NCBI GenBank assembly: GCA_048887225.1
Contig: JBHLJY010000006.1
Coordinates: 32,001-96,000, forward strand
Direction: 5' to 3'
Source of the DNA: Candidatus Hodarchaeota archaeon
Lineage (GTDB): Archaea > Asgardarchaeota > Lokiarchaeia > Sigyniarchaeales > SOKP01
Length of the DNA stretch: 64,000 nt
Part shown: positions 1 to 10,101 of the stretch, piece after piece
How the letters are laid out: the number at the start of each line of letters is the position of its first letter
How positions within the stretch are numbered: the stretch's first letter is position 1
Notes under the pieces: generated by a model
The model's input: the letters and a program-made list of their open reading frames with translations, nothing else
Told to the model about the DNA's origin: nothing
Database searches by the model: none
Program-made: the position numbers and the translations under genes

Positions 1-1019
1 AATATTGAAATCGGGAGGCCGGGTAAGATCTTATTTCTTTTTAATCCTTGAATAGTAATGCCAGTTCCGATTATTATAGCAATGGCTGTTAAAATCATTA
101 CTATTAAATTGCCAGTAATAATAAGTGCACTCGTTGTAAGCATGCTATAAAATGCTAAATCACCTACTCCAATTTCTACTTTTGAGGTTTCATATATAGC
201 CTCGCCACTCTTAATTCTCTCTTTTAATTCATCCTCCGATAATCCTTCCTTAAGATTATTTTGGGATACAATATCAATCATTTTTTTTATTGGCCCTTGT
301 TTTGCTTTCACAGCATAAATGTCCCATAGCGAGAATCCAATTAATATAGCTAAAGTGGTCCATAATGGCATAATGACTCCAAACATAGCTCCAACTAAAA
401 AACCTACATATAAAACAAAGAAATTTTTAGTAAAATAAGATGTTGTAGTAAAATATTTATAAACCATAAAAATTATAAAAGCTCCAGAGCCGAATAAAAG
501 AATATAATTAACAATGATATAAGTTATAACAATGATTTCGCTCTCTGGTAAATTATAAAAAATTAGATATGATATAATTTCAGCGAAGAAATAAGTTAAA
601 ATAAACCCAAGAAATCCAAAAGAAAAACCAAAAACATATCTTAAAACACCTATTCCAAACTTTTTCACTAAATAAATTATTATGAAAGAAGATATTGCTG
701 CAACTAAAACAAATATTAACCCGTTTATTAGACCAGCAGTTAACCCATATTCCTCTTCTGAAATATAACCACCTTCAACTTGAACGCCTGCTAATACATA
801 AGTTGCATAAGCTAAAAAACCCGCACAAATAACTGCTATAATAATAGGAATTGGATATAAGTTGCGAGAAATCCTAAAAGTTGGAAAAAAATGTGGAATA
901 AAATCTTTTTCGATAATTTCCTTTTCATCTTCTTTTTCAGCTAATGTAGTTTTTAATTTTTCTCGTTCAGATTCTATTTCAATTGAATAGTCATCTGTAT
1001 CATCCGGTATATCTGACAT
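1..1019 (-). CDS. Presenilin-family (A22) GxGD intramembrane aspartyl protease, 3' end runs off the window
   Basis: Not in the ORF track. Manual translation from ATG at 1019 gives a multi-TM protein with SLWDIYAV (first catalytic Asp), IGVGDLAFYS (GxGD) and LPGLPISI (PAL-type motif). Confidence 0.9.
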   Translation of the reverse strand, partial: MSDIPDDTDDYSIEIESEREKLKTTLAEKEDEKEIIEKDFIPHFFPTFRISRNLYPIPIIIAVICAGFLAYATYVLAGVQVEGGYISEEEYGLTAGLINGLIFVLVAAISSFIIIYLVKKFGIGVLRYVFGFSFGFLGFILTYFFAEIISYLIFYNLPESEIIVITYIIVNYILLFGSGAFIIFMVYKYFTTTSYFTKNFFVLYVGFLVGAMFGVIMPLWTTLAILIGFSLWDIYAVKAKQGPIKKMIDIVSQNNLKEGLSEDELKERIKSGEAIYETSKVEIGVGDLAFYSMLTTSALIITGNLIVMILTAIAIIIGTGITIQGLKRNKILPGLPISI

Positions 1020-1154
1020 AATAATAAAAGAGGTTTATTTTAATATTATATAAATTAATTTAATATATCTTTAATGACTTAAAAAGTATGAAATAATAAA
1101 TTAAATATATCACGAATTGAAAAACCTAAGAAATAACACGATTTCTTAAAAAAG

Positions 1155-2396
1155 TTAGAATCCTACTCTTGGTATGTGTTTGACAAACTCTTTCACTACT
1201 TCTACTCGCTCTTTCCTTTCTTTATTATAATATCTTAGCGGATACAATTCATCAATTACAAATTTATACAGTTTAATCCAATTTTCAGCAACATTACTGA
1301 CTCTGTAATTTTCAGCTATTCTTTTAGCATTTTTTCCAAATTCTTCCCTAAGTTCGTCGTCTTTAAACAATTTAACTACGTAATTTGAAAACTGATCTAA
1401 ATTATCCGCAAGATATCCCGTTTCTCCGTGCCTTATTACATCTTGGATACCAAGTGCGTTAGCACCAACGCAAGGACTTCCTTGGGCCATGGCTTCAATA
1501 AGTACAAGCCCTTCAGCTTCAACCCAACTCCACAGACATGTAAGATCTGCCGTGTTAAATAACTTCAATAAATCGTTGAATGGTACTCTTCCAGCACAAC
1601 TAACGTAATCTGATTTTCTTGCTAGTCGTTTTACATGTTTAGTAGAAGGGCCCTCACTACCTACTATTAATAAATGAGAGTCTGGTACTTTTTTATGAAT
1701 TTGTTTGAATTTTTTAATAACGCTTACCATGTGTTTTTCGGGAGACATTCGGGAAGCATATAGCAATAGTTTATCATTGGGAGCTATATCGTATTTCTCT
1801 CGGATACCATTTTCCTTTAAATTTTGAAAATAATGATCGTGTATTCCATTTGTAAAGTAAATAATTGGTTCTTTGAATTTATGATCTCTTAATTGTTGCT
1901 TTTTAGATTTAGTAGCAACATGTATTAAATCGTATTTATCAAGTATATGGCGTTCGTATCGCCAAGTTATATCCGACTTCATTATTAATTTGCCGATTAT
2001 GGGAAAATATTGTCCAGCGTAAAATTGAAGAGGAGAGTTGTGAGTTGCACACATAGGAATTCCAAGATATTTTGACCAATTAATCGCCATACTTCCAATG
2101 GTAGTATGGGTAAATATATGAGACACATTTAGATAATCGTGTTGGCAAAAGAAATATTTATGAAGAGGGGCGCTTAGAACAAATTCAGTTTTACCACAGA
2201 GTCTTGCACCACCAAGATTATGATAATGTAAATGTTTAGGTTTATCATGTCCATTTGTGATTTTTGGCGCAAAAACATGGACATTATGTCCTGTCTTAGC
2301 AATCGCTTCGCTAAGAAATCTGCAAGCATGAGCGGTACCATTGACTTGTGAGTACATGATTGAAAAGAATCCTATATCAAGTACTTGTTTTACCAT
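1155..2396 (-). CDS. Glycosyltransferase family 4 (GT-B fold)
   Basis: N-terminal 'QVNG..GHNVHVFAP', RMSPEK, and EAEGLVLIEAMAQG (E-x7-E motif). Confidence 0.9.
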   Translation of the reverse strand: MVKQVLDIGFFSIMYSQVNGTAHACRFLSEAIAKTGHNVHVFAPKITNGHDKPKHLHYHNLGGARLCGKTEFVLSAPLHKYFFCQHDYLNVSHIFTHTTIGSMAINWSKYLGIPMCATHNSPLQFYAGQYFPIIGKLIMKSDITWRYERHILDKYDLIHVATKSKKQQLRDHKFKEPIIYFTNGIHDHYFQNLKENGIREKYDIAPNDKLLLYASRMSPEKHMVSVIKKFKQIHKKVPDSHLLIVGSEGPSTKHVKRLARKSDYVSCAGRVPFNDLLKLFNTADLTCLWSWVEAEGLVLIEAMAQGSPCVGANALGIQDVIRHGETGYLADNLDQFSNYVVKLFKDDELREEFGKNAKRIAENYRVSNVAENWIKLYKFVIDELYPLRYYNKERKERVEVVKEFVKHIPRVGF

Positions 2397-2606
2397 GGTA
2401 GGGGCTCAGAAAAAATTGATCGATCTTTGATAAATTAGAGTTATAATTTTATCTAGAAGACTATCGATTTAAATAAATCTATTTATTAAAAAATTAAGAA
2501 CTTTTTAATAAGAGAACATTTTTAATAATTTTCTATTTAATTTTAGAAGCTTTCTTTTATATAAAAATCAAAAAATTTTTTTGACTTCCATGATTTGTCA
2601 TGAAAT

Positions 2607-2768
2607 ATGGAAAAGAAAATTATCGATGAAATAATAAAACAAAGAAGATTACCCTATTCTATTGAAATAATAGATATTCAAGGAGATAAGTATACGGTTC
2701 GCAATAATTTCGGGAGCACAATTAAATATATAAAGAAAGGAGATAAATTTATTCCAGAGGAGGAATAG
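2607..2768 (+). CDS. Small hypothetical protein, 53 aa (MEKKIIDEIIKQRRLPYSIEIIDIQGDKYTVRNNFGSTIKYIKKGDKFIPEEE)
   Basis: Clean ATG..TAG ORF in an otherwise empty intergenic gap, with protein-like composition; below the ORF track size cutoff. Confidence 0.55.
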   Translation: MEKKIIDEIIKQRRLPYSIEIIDIQGDKYTVRNNFGSTIKYIKKGDKFIPEEE

Positions 2769-3065
2769 AAAAAACATCATCATTTATTTTTAATTAATTA
2801 ATAATTTCTACTCCAAAAAAATATCTTTCTAAGAATAAATTTAGGCTTGTTTATATCCGAGTCAAAATGCCAAACAATAAACTCAGTTCATTGTGTATTG
2901 GAATAACAAAAAGAGAGATATTAATTCAATTTTTATGTTTTTGTGATGTATGTTTCAGATTAATGAGATTTTTTTGAAATAGTGTATTAATAATATAAAG
3001 TAGATAATAATTTAAGACAAAATTTTCTTATTTAAAATAAGAATATTTTTTTTTAATTAATAAAA

Positions 3066-4157
3066 ATGCGGCGTCGACGAGTAAGGTCAGGAGATTCTGC
3101 TTCTAAAGAAGTTGAGAAGTTTCGGGCAGTTGTTAATGATAATACATCTTTATCAATTTTTAACAAGGGAGGGGACCGTTCATATGTTGTTATTCGCAAA
3201 GACCTGACAAAAGAGTATGAGATAGATGTGCAACCATCTGAAGCTCCAATTTTAAATAAAGTGTTAAACGAGCCTGAACCATATGAAAGCTCATGTGCAG
3301 ATATAAAAATCTTAGAAGACGCTGTATTCCCTGTAAATAACGCAATCAAAAAAGTATTTGGAGATAATAAGGATCTTAAATTACATAGAATTAAATTGGC
3401 GATTGGTGGAAACAAAAACGATTACGCTACAATAGAAGAACAGGATTTGAGAAAATTTGATGTCAAGCCTACGCTTGATGGGTTAATGGATTTTATTAAG
3501 GAAAATCACGAAAGTATATTAGGATTCTTAGATCGAGAATATATTAACGAAGAGGGAAATCTAATATATATAAGTTGCGGAAAAAAGAGTGTTTCCGATA
3601 ATATTTTTTCAATCAAATTGAAAATTTTAGCTTCAATGCATCAAAGAGGATTTTTTCTTCAACAAGAGCACAAGTACTATGGTCTGCAACTCTATATTAT
3701 TATTGAATCAAGAAAAACTGATGATGATAAATTATTAGAGTTATTAAAAGAGCTTGAAATCGACTGGGAATTAATATTTTTTAGAAGGCGATTAGCAATC
3801 CATGATTGGACAGAAATTGAGTGTGAAAGAAATTCTGAAAATTTGAAAAATTATTTACGCTCCAAACATGAAACTTTAAACTATTTTGACGTAAACAACA
3901 TCACCCGATTAATAGTTAAAAATCAACTACCTTTTATTGTAGCAGACAAAATGGCTTCATTGTTATATCAAATGAAAGCTGAGCGATCTACTCAATATCA
4001 AGAGGATGGATATTCAATAACTTTAAAAAAAGCTGAAATAGCTGCGGCAGCAAGACTTGCTTGTGCATATTTAGGAATTCAAGTAGAAATACAATTTGAT
4101 CGGGATATTTCTATAGAAGAAATTCTTAAATATGAGGAGGAACTCACTAATATGTAA
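3066..4157 (+). CDS. Hypothetical protein (363 aa)
   Basis: Long ORF with typical codon usage; no motif recognised. Confidence 0.7.
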   Translation: MRRRRVRSGDSASKEVEKFRAVVNDNTSLSIFNKGGDRSYVVIRKDLTKEYEIDVQPSEAPILNKVLNEPEPYESSCADIKILEDAVFPVNNAIKKVFGDNKDLKLHRIKLAIGGNKNDYATIEEQDLRKFDVKPTLDGLMDFIKENHESILGFLDREYINEEGNLIYISCGKKSVSDNIFSIKLKILASMHQRGFFLQQEHKYYGLQLYIIIESRKTDDDKLLELLKELEIDWELIFFRRRLAIHDWTEIECERNSENLKNYLRSKHETLNYFDVNNITRLIVKNQLPFIVADKMASLLYQMKAERSTQYQEDGYSITLKKAEIAAAARLACAYLGIQVEIQFDRDISIEEILKYEEELTNM

Positions 4158-4230
4158 ATAATCTTTATTTCTGAAAATAAAGTAAAAAAAAATTTAATTT
4201 CTTTTCTAAGAAAAAAAATAAATCTTTTTT

Positions 4231-5226
4231 TTAACCTAATCCATAAGATTGTTTTAATAATTCGTGATTTTTTTCTCCTACGGTTATACTATTCCCAGTT
4301 TTTACATTATTTACATGATATATTGCTGGAGCAAATAATCCTGGGTCAATTTTGTAGAAATCATAATTAGCTTCTTTAAAGATCTCATTGAATGGTTTTC
4401 CATAACTTGGCGATTGATTAGCGGGAGCGGTTTTAATAAGTTCAAATAAATGTTCTTCCTTTTCTTTTTCAGCATTTATAGTATAAAAGGTTGTACCAGC
4501 TGCAATAATAGAGTCGTTTGTAAACCCCATTGCCGCAAAATCATCTTTAGCTATTGGGGCAATGGGTGCAATTCCCAAACCATCTCGTATAACTTCTAAT
4601 GGAAAATGTAGTTCATGGAGTTTATGTATACCTGTTTCAACTACTCTCGCAGAGACTTGAATTGAACCTGTTAAACAGGCAGTGGGGGCACATACAGCAT
4701 AAGTCTTGCTTGCTTCTACTTTGCATTTCTTTGTAATTATCTCCATAACTTCTTCATTGGGCATTTTTCTTGTTTCGAAGACAATTACGGCACAATCCGA
4801 ATCGTCTTTATATTCGATTTCTTCAAATAAATTTTCGACTTTAGCTTTTGCTCGAGCCGGTCCAGAACCTAAGGATTGAAATACAACTTTTTTTTTCATT
4901 TTTCCGTCTTTTTCTATTTCTTTCTTTAATTTTATACTCCAGCCGGCTAATTGAGAGGCCATGCAAGAAATGATTGGCTCTGAAGTATTTACATTAACAG
5001 CATCTAGGATATGCCCATCTAATTCATAAGAACTAAATTCTACAGAGCCTAAACCCCCCATGCAAACCTCAGCTACGAGTTTTCCACCAATACGAGATGC
5101 TTTTGTACAATCTATAACTGTGGCACCGCTTCTTAATTCAATTACTTCAATATCATAATTTTCTTTATTATCAATTAACTTTTTCACCAACTCTAAAGCG
5201 AGTTCATTAATTTTTACCTCACGCAT
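4231..5226 (-). CDS. mch: Methenyl-H4MPT cyclohydrolase
   Basis: CMGGLG, SQLAGW, LGSGPARA, GSIQVSARVVE, NDSI and FYKIDPGLFAPA motifs. Confidence 0.95.
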   Translation of the reverse strand: MREVKINELALELVKKLIDNKENYDIEVIELRSGATVIDCTKASRIGGKLVAEVCMGGLGSVEFSSYELDGHILDAVNVNTSEPIISCMASQLAGWSIKLKKEIEKDGKMKKKVVFQSLGSGPARAKAKVENLFEEIEYKDDSDCAVIVFETRKMPNEEVMEIITKKCKVEASKTYAVCAPTACLTGSIQVSARVVETGIHKLHELHFPLEVIRDGLGIAPIAPIAKDDFAAMGFTNDSIIAAGTTFYTINAEKEKEEHLFELIKTAPANQSPSYGKPFNEIFKEANYDFYKIDPGLFAPAIYHVNNVKTGNSITVGEKNHELLKQSYGLG

Positions 5227-5467
5227 CTTCTTTCACTGAGACATTTGTTTTTTATACTTTTTTAGATATAATGACTATTAAACATCTAATTTTAAAAATT
5301 GATAGTAACATAAAAATTTATAAACATTATTTTAATTGATAAGATCTAGAACGTCGTTTAAACATTTTTCTAAGTTTTAGCATTCAATTAATAAAAATTT
5401 TGAAATAATTTTTGGATTATTAAATATATTTAAATATATATTATTGAAGTAGAATTTTAGAGAAACT

Positions 5468-6997
5468 TTGAATATGAATGATCCTAGTAAAAATTTAAAA
5501 AATCTAATAGTTGACCTCAACAAAGCTAAAGATTATTTTTTTGAGAAAATAAAAAATTTAGAGGTAGCCGTTCATATATATACTCATATAGATGCTGATG
5601 GTTTAGCCGCAGGTGCAATACTTAGTAAAGCACTTTATAGAGCAAATATCCCCTTTCAAATTACGGTTCTTAGACAATTAGAAAAAGAAGAAATTATAAA
5701 AATAGTAAAGAAGGGATTTAACAATTTTATTATTTTCTCTGATTTTGGGAGTGGTCAATATTTAGAACTTCAAGAAAAACTAACAAACAAGGATAATTCA
5801 GCTTCTTTTTTAATTTTAGACCATCATTTTCCTCAAAACATTAATAATAAAGAGGAATTTGATTTGATTAAAAAGATTCATCAAAAAACTAGCCCTTGGC
5901 ATATAAATCCATATTTTCATGGCATCGACGGAAGTACAGAGGTATCAGGGGCAGGAATATGTTATTATTTTGTGAAAAGTTTAAATGAAAGAAATTTAGA
6001 CCTCTCTCCAATTGCTATCGTAGGCGCGATGGGAGATATACAAAATCAAGGACCAAATAAATCTTTTACAGGGATAAATTCGCTAATTGTGGATGAAGCA
6101 AAAAGAAATGGATATATTGAAATTGTTGACGATTTAAACTTTTCTTCTATGAAACCTTTAAATGAAGCGATTGCATATTCTTCTGAAATAAAATTACCAG
6201 GATTGACTAATGATATTAATAAAACATTAAAATTCCTTCAAACTTTAGGGATTTTAATGGAAAATTCTAAAGGTGATATAAGAACTTTAAATGATTTAAA
6301 CAAGGATGAAAAACAAAAAATTTCAACTGGGATAATTGAATATGCATCTCTTAAATTAGATGTTGAACCAATTGAGATTATCAAAAAGTTAATCGTGAAT
6401 CGATATTTGATTAAAAGAGAAAAGGCTTATTCGGAACTTTTTGATTCAAATGAATTCTCATACGTTTTAAATGCATGTGGAAGAACAAATAATGCATCTT
6501 TAGGGATTGCCATAGCAATGGGAGATAGAAAAAAAGCATATCAACAATCTTACGATATTATATTGAATTATAAAAGCTCAATTGTAAAAAGTCTCTCATG
6601 GATTAAAGAGAATAACAAAATACACCAAATGGATTTTATTCAATACTTTTTTGGAGAGGATATTATTCCAGAAAACATTATAGGAACAATAACTTCAATG
6701 TTGATATTAGAAAGGAGTGATTTTATTGACATAATGAAACCTATTTTTGGAATTGCCATTCGCGAAGACGAAAATGTATATAAAATCTCAGGGAGGGCTC
6801 ATGAACAAATTGTAAATAGAGGTGTAAACTTATCTGAAGCAATTAGAGAGGCTTTAGAACTTATAAATTTAGATTCATTAGGCGGTGGACATCCTCCAGC
6901 TGCCGGTACTAAAGTTCCTATGGATAAAATCGAACTTTTTTTAGAAAAAAGTAATGAAATTATTAAAAACCAATTAAAAACTAAAAAAAATTTATAA
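5468..6997 (+). CDS. DHH/DHHA1 phosphoesterase, archaeal RecJ/Cdc45 (GAN)-like
   Basis: HIDADG, DFGSG, LDHH, GDIQ and C-terminal GGGHPPAAG. Confidence 0.9.
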   Translation: MNMNDPSKNLKNLIVDLNKAKDYFFEKIKNLEVAVHIYTHIDADGLAAGAILSKALYRANIPFQITVLRQLEKEEIIKIVKKGFNNFIIFSDFGSGQYLELQEKLTNKDNSASFLILDHHFPQNINNKEEFDLIKKIHQKTSPWHINPYFHGIDGSTEVSGAGICYYFVKSLNERNLDLSPIAIVGAMGDIQNQGPNKSFTGINSLIVDEAKRNGYIEIVDDLNFSSMKPLNEAIAYSSEIKLPGLTNDINKTLKFLQTLGILMENSKGDIRTLNDLNKDEKQKISTGIIEYASLKLDVEPIEIIKKLIVNRYLIKREKAYSELFDSNEFSYVLNACGRTNNASLGIAIAMGDRKKAYQQSYDIILNYKSSIVKSLSWIKENNKIHQMDFIQYFFGEDIIPENIIGTITSMLILERSDFIDIMKPIFGIAIREDENVYKISGRAHEQIVNRGVNLSEAIREALELINLDSLGGGHPPAAGTKVPMDKIELFLEKSNEIIKNQLKTKKNL

Positions 6998-7012
6998 AAA
7001 TTCTAAATCCTA

Positions 7013-8314
7013 TTATATTTTGTAAATTTCTCCAATTTCAGGAGCAACAGAACTATATGATTTTTTTACCATCTCGCTTGCTAAATAAGTAACGGCTTCC
7101 TCGTCTCCGTGAACACAAAATATTAATTTTGAACCTTCATGAAACCTTAAATTCTCTATATATTTGTGAAGATGAGCACTATCCGCGTGACTTGAGAAAT
7201 CAAAATAATCATAATCACATTTAGCTTCAATTTTAAAATCAATTATTTTTCCATTTCGATTCATTTCTCTAAATTCAAGAATTCCATTATCTAAAAGACC
7301 TCTTCCAGGAGATCCTTCAACTTGGTATCCAACTAAATAAATTGCCGATGCGGGATCGTTTAAAAAAGATTTTACAAATTCAATAGCGGCTCCCCCTTTT
7401 AGCATGCCAGAAGGAGCAATAATCACTCCATTAGATTTCTTTGCTATTTTTCTACCTTTTCTTGAGATAAATTGAGCTTTTTTTAATGCTTTTCTATATA
7501 TTTTTATATTTTTAAGAGATTCGGGAAAATTTAATAAAATATTAGAAATTTTTCTTGCCAATCCATCAACAAAGATTTTACCTTCATAACCATATTTTTG
7601 TAGTATCAAAAGGGCTTCTTGAGAACGAGCAACGCCGAAAGCTGGAATAAGAACTTTTCCACCATTTTTTGTAATATCTATTATATTTTCTACAAATTTT
7701 TTCTCAAGTTTCTCTCTCAAAGGGTGATTTCTCAGAGTGTATGTACTTTCGGTGATTAAAGCATCTATTTTTGGTATAATTGAAGAGTTTGTGGGATTAA
7801 CTAAATTTGTAATTTGATTATTAATATCTCCTGTGTATAAAATTATCTTATTATCTACTTCAATAAGAATCGAAACACTTCCAGGGATGTGCCCAGCATC
7901 TATAAATGTTATATAAAAATTGTCGCCAATTTTTTGACGTAAATTATTTGTAAGAAAATGTGAATTTTCAATTATTTTATTTAATTCTCTAAAACCAAAA
8001 GGATAAGGAAAATTAGAAATTCTTATCATGTCCTTTACAAGAACTTCTGTTAAAGCTAAGGTAACTGAATTTGTATAGAGTGGAGTTGATATAGTTTTAT
8101 AAAGGTAAGGTAATGCTCCTGAATGGTCAATATGGCAATGAGTCAAAGCAATTCCCTTAAGATTATCTAAATTTGGCTTATAAGGTAATCTATCATCGCC
8201 TCGGAATCTAATCCCATAGTCTAGAATGCATTTTTCTCCGCTATTACTTGATTCGATTGAAATTGCGGAGCGCCCTACTTCTCTGCAACCACCCAAAAAT
8301 GAAATTCTTACCAT
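7013..8314 (-). CDS. Metallo-beta-lactamase beta-CASP ribonuclease (aCPSF-like)
   Basis: GGCREVGRS, THCHIDHSG, AGHIPGS, YTGD, ESTY, FSSHAD, VHGD. Confidence 0.92.
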   Translation of the reverse strand: MVRISFLGGCREVGRSAISIESSNSGEKCILDYGIRFRGDDRLPYKPNLDNLKGIALTHCHIDHSGALPYLYKTISTPLYTNSVTLALTEVLVKDMIRISNFPYPFGFRELNKIIENSHFLTNNLRQKIGDNFYITFIDAGHIPGSVSILIEVDNKIILYTGDINNQITNLVNPTNSSIIPKIDALITESTYTLRNHPLREKLEKKFVENIIDITKNGGKVLIPAFGVARSQEALLILQKYGYEGKIFVDGLARKISNILLNFPESLKNIKIYRKALKKAQFISRKGRKIAKKSNGVIIAPSGMLKGGAAIEFVKSFLNDPASAIYLVGYQVEGSPGRGLLDNGILEFREMNRNGKIIDFKIEAKCDYDYFDFSSHADSAHLHKYIENLRFHEGSKLIFCVHGDEEAVTYLASEMVKKSYSSVAPEIGEIYKI

Positions 8315-8414
8315 TAGATAAAAGTCTCAACGAAATTAAAAATTTATTATATAAGGAACATAATGTTTCAATATAATTCAATTTTTTGTTATAAAAATAA
8401 TAAGTGAAGTAATA

Positions 8415-9275
8415 ATGAAACTTGAAGGAAGTGCTGATATAGGCATAATTGGTGGTACTGGATCTGATGTGGAATTAGAAAATGCTAAAGATATAAAAGC
8501 ATATACGCCTTATGGAAGAACTTCTGATTTTATAAAGGTTGGAATATTTAAAAGCAAAAAAGTTGCCTTTTTACCACGACACGGAACAGGCCATACGATT
8601 CCCCCTCATATGTTAAATTTTAGAGCAAATATTTGGGCTATGAAAGAAATGGGCGTAAAATACATTATTTCTCCTTCCGCTGTAGGTTCTTTTAAGAAAG
8701 AACACGATAAAAGAAAATTTATTTTAGTGGATCAATATATTGACAGAACAAAGAAGAGACTAGATACCTTTTACGAGGGTAGTCAAGTTTGTCATATAGG
8801 ACAAGCCGATCCTTTCTGTGGATATTTAAACGACCTTTTTTACGAAAATGGGAAAGATATTGGTATAGATATCCAAAAAGGAGGAACTTACATATGTATT
8901 GAAGGACCTAGATTTTCTACCAGAGCAGAATCTAAAATGTTCCGCCAATGGGGTGGAGATATTATCGGAATGACTATATATCCTGAAGTTGTACTTGCGG
9001 CAGAAAAAGAGATATGTTATTGTACAATAGCAATGGTAACAGATTTAGATGTCTGGGCAGGAAATTGCCCTAACTGTGGAATTGTTGAAATTCAAGAGAA
9101 ATGCGAGAAATGTGGAGCTTCTATTGAAAAACTAGCCGTTAGTATCGAGGAAATCTTAGAAACTATGGCAAAAAATGCGAAAAACCTTAAAAAATTATTA
9201 GAAATAACAATTCCAAAAATCGATACAGAAAGAGACTGTGCTTGTTTCCACACATTAACAGGAGCAGTTATTTAA
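8415..9275 (+). CDS. mtnP: S-methyl-5'-thioadenosine phosphorylase with a CxxC..CxxC insertion
   Basis: GIIGGTG, PRHG, EGPRFSTRAES, GMT, TDLDVW. Confidence 0.92.
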   Translation: MKLEGSADIGIIGGTGSDVELENAKDIKAYTPYGRTSDFIKVGIFKSKKVAFLPRHGTGHTIPPHMLNFRANIWAMKEMGVKYIISPSAVGSFKKEHDKRKFILVDQYIDRTKKRLDTFYEGSQVCHIGQADPFCGYLNDLFYENGKDIGIDIQKGGTYICIEGPRFSTRAESKMFRQWGGDIIGMTIYPEVVLAAEKEICYCTIAMVTDLDVWAGNCPNCGIVEIQEKCEKCGASIEKLAVSIEEILETMAKNAKNLKKLLEITIPKIDTERDCACFHTLTGAVI

Positions 9276-9358
9276 AATAAATATTTTCACTTTATTTTAA
9301 AAAAATAATTTTTTTTTAATTTCTCTGTAATTCCAATTCATAACTTTATTGGATTCAA

Positions 9359-9898
9359 TTATTCTTCAACTGGAATTTCAATTAAAGATAGAATATCATA
9401 GCCTTTTAATTGATCTCTCCCATGTAGACTTCCAGTAAGTTCAATTACGAATGCAATCCCCATTACAATACCTCCTGATTTTTCTACAAGATTACATGCT
9501 GCTTTAGCAGTCCCTCCTGTTGCTAATAGATCATCAAATACCAGTACTTTCTCTCCATTTTCTATCGCATCACTATGCATCTCTATAGAGTCTGTACCAT
9601 ATTCTAATTCATAAGTTTCACTAATTGTTTCAGCAGGTAACTTGCCTGGTTTTCTCATTAAAATAAAACCAGCACCTAATTGATATGCTATAGCACCCCC
9701 CCAAACATAACCTCTCGCTTCAATTGCAGCAACCTTTTCTATACCTTTATCTTTAAAATATTCGATAATTTTATCGCATGATTCCTTAAAAGGAGCATGA
9801 ACTTTACATAATGTGGTTACATCTTTGAATTGTATCCCTGGTTTGGGCCAATCGGGTACATTTCTTATAAATTTTTCCAAATCCAATGTCAAGATCAC
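9359..9898 (-). CDS. apt: Adenine phosphoribosyltransferase
   Basis: PDWPKPGIQFKD, EARG, RKPGKLP, YELEYG, DDLLATGGT. Confidence 0.95.
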   Translation of the reverse strand: MILTLDLEKFIRNVPDWPKPGIQFKDVTTLCKVHAPFKESCDKIIEYFKDKGIEKVAAIEARGYVWGGAIAYQLGAGFILMRKPGKLPAETISETYELEYGTDSIEMHSDAIENGEKVLVFDDLLATGGTAKAACNLVEKSGGIVMGIAFVIELTGSLHGRDQLKGYDILSLIEIPVEE

Positions 9899-10101
9899 TT
9901 TTTCTTTATGTTTCAGAAGTATTTTATTTTATGTAATTTAAAATTATATTTAATTGAATCGTATAATTATCCTAAAAAAATAGATTAACCTTAAATAATT
10001 ACAAAAAATTAAATAGAAATTATAGCTTTATAGTATAGTAAAATCATAATTTTAAAGTAAATTTATATTTATAAAATAAAAACAAGACGAGTTACAATCT
10101 A

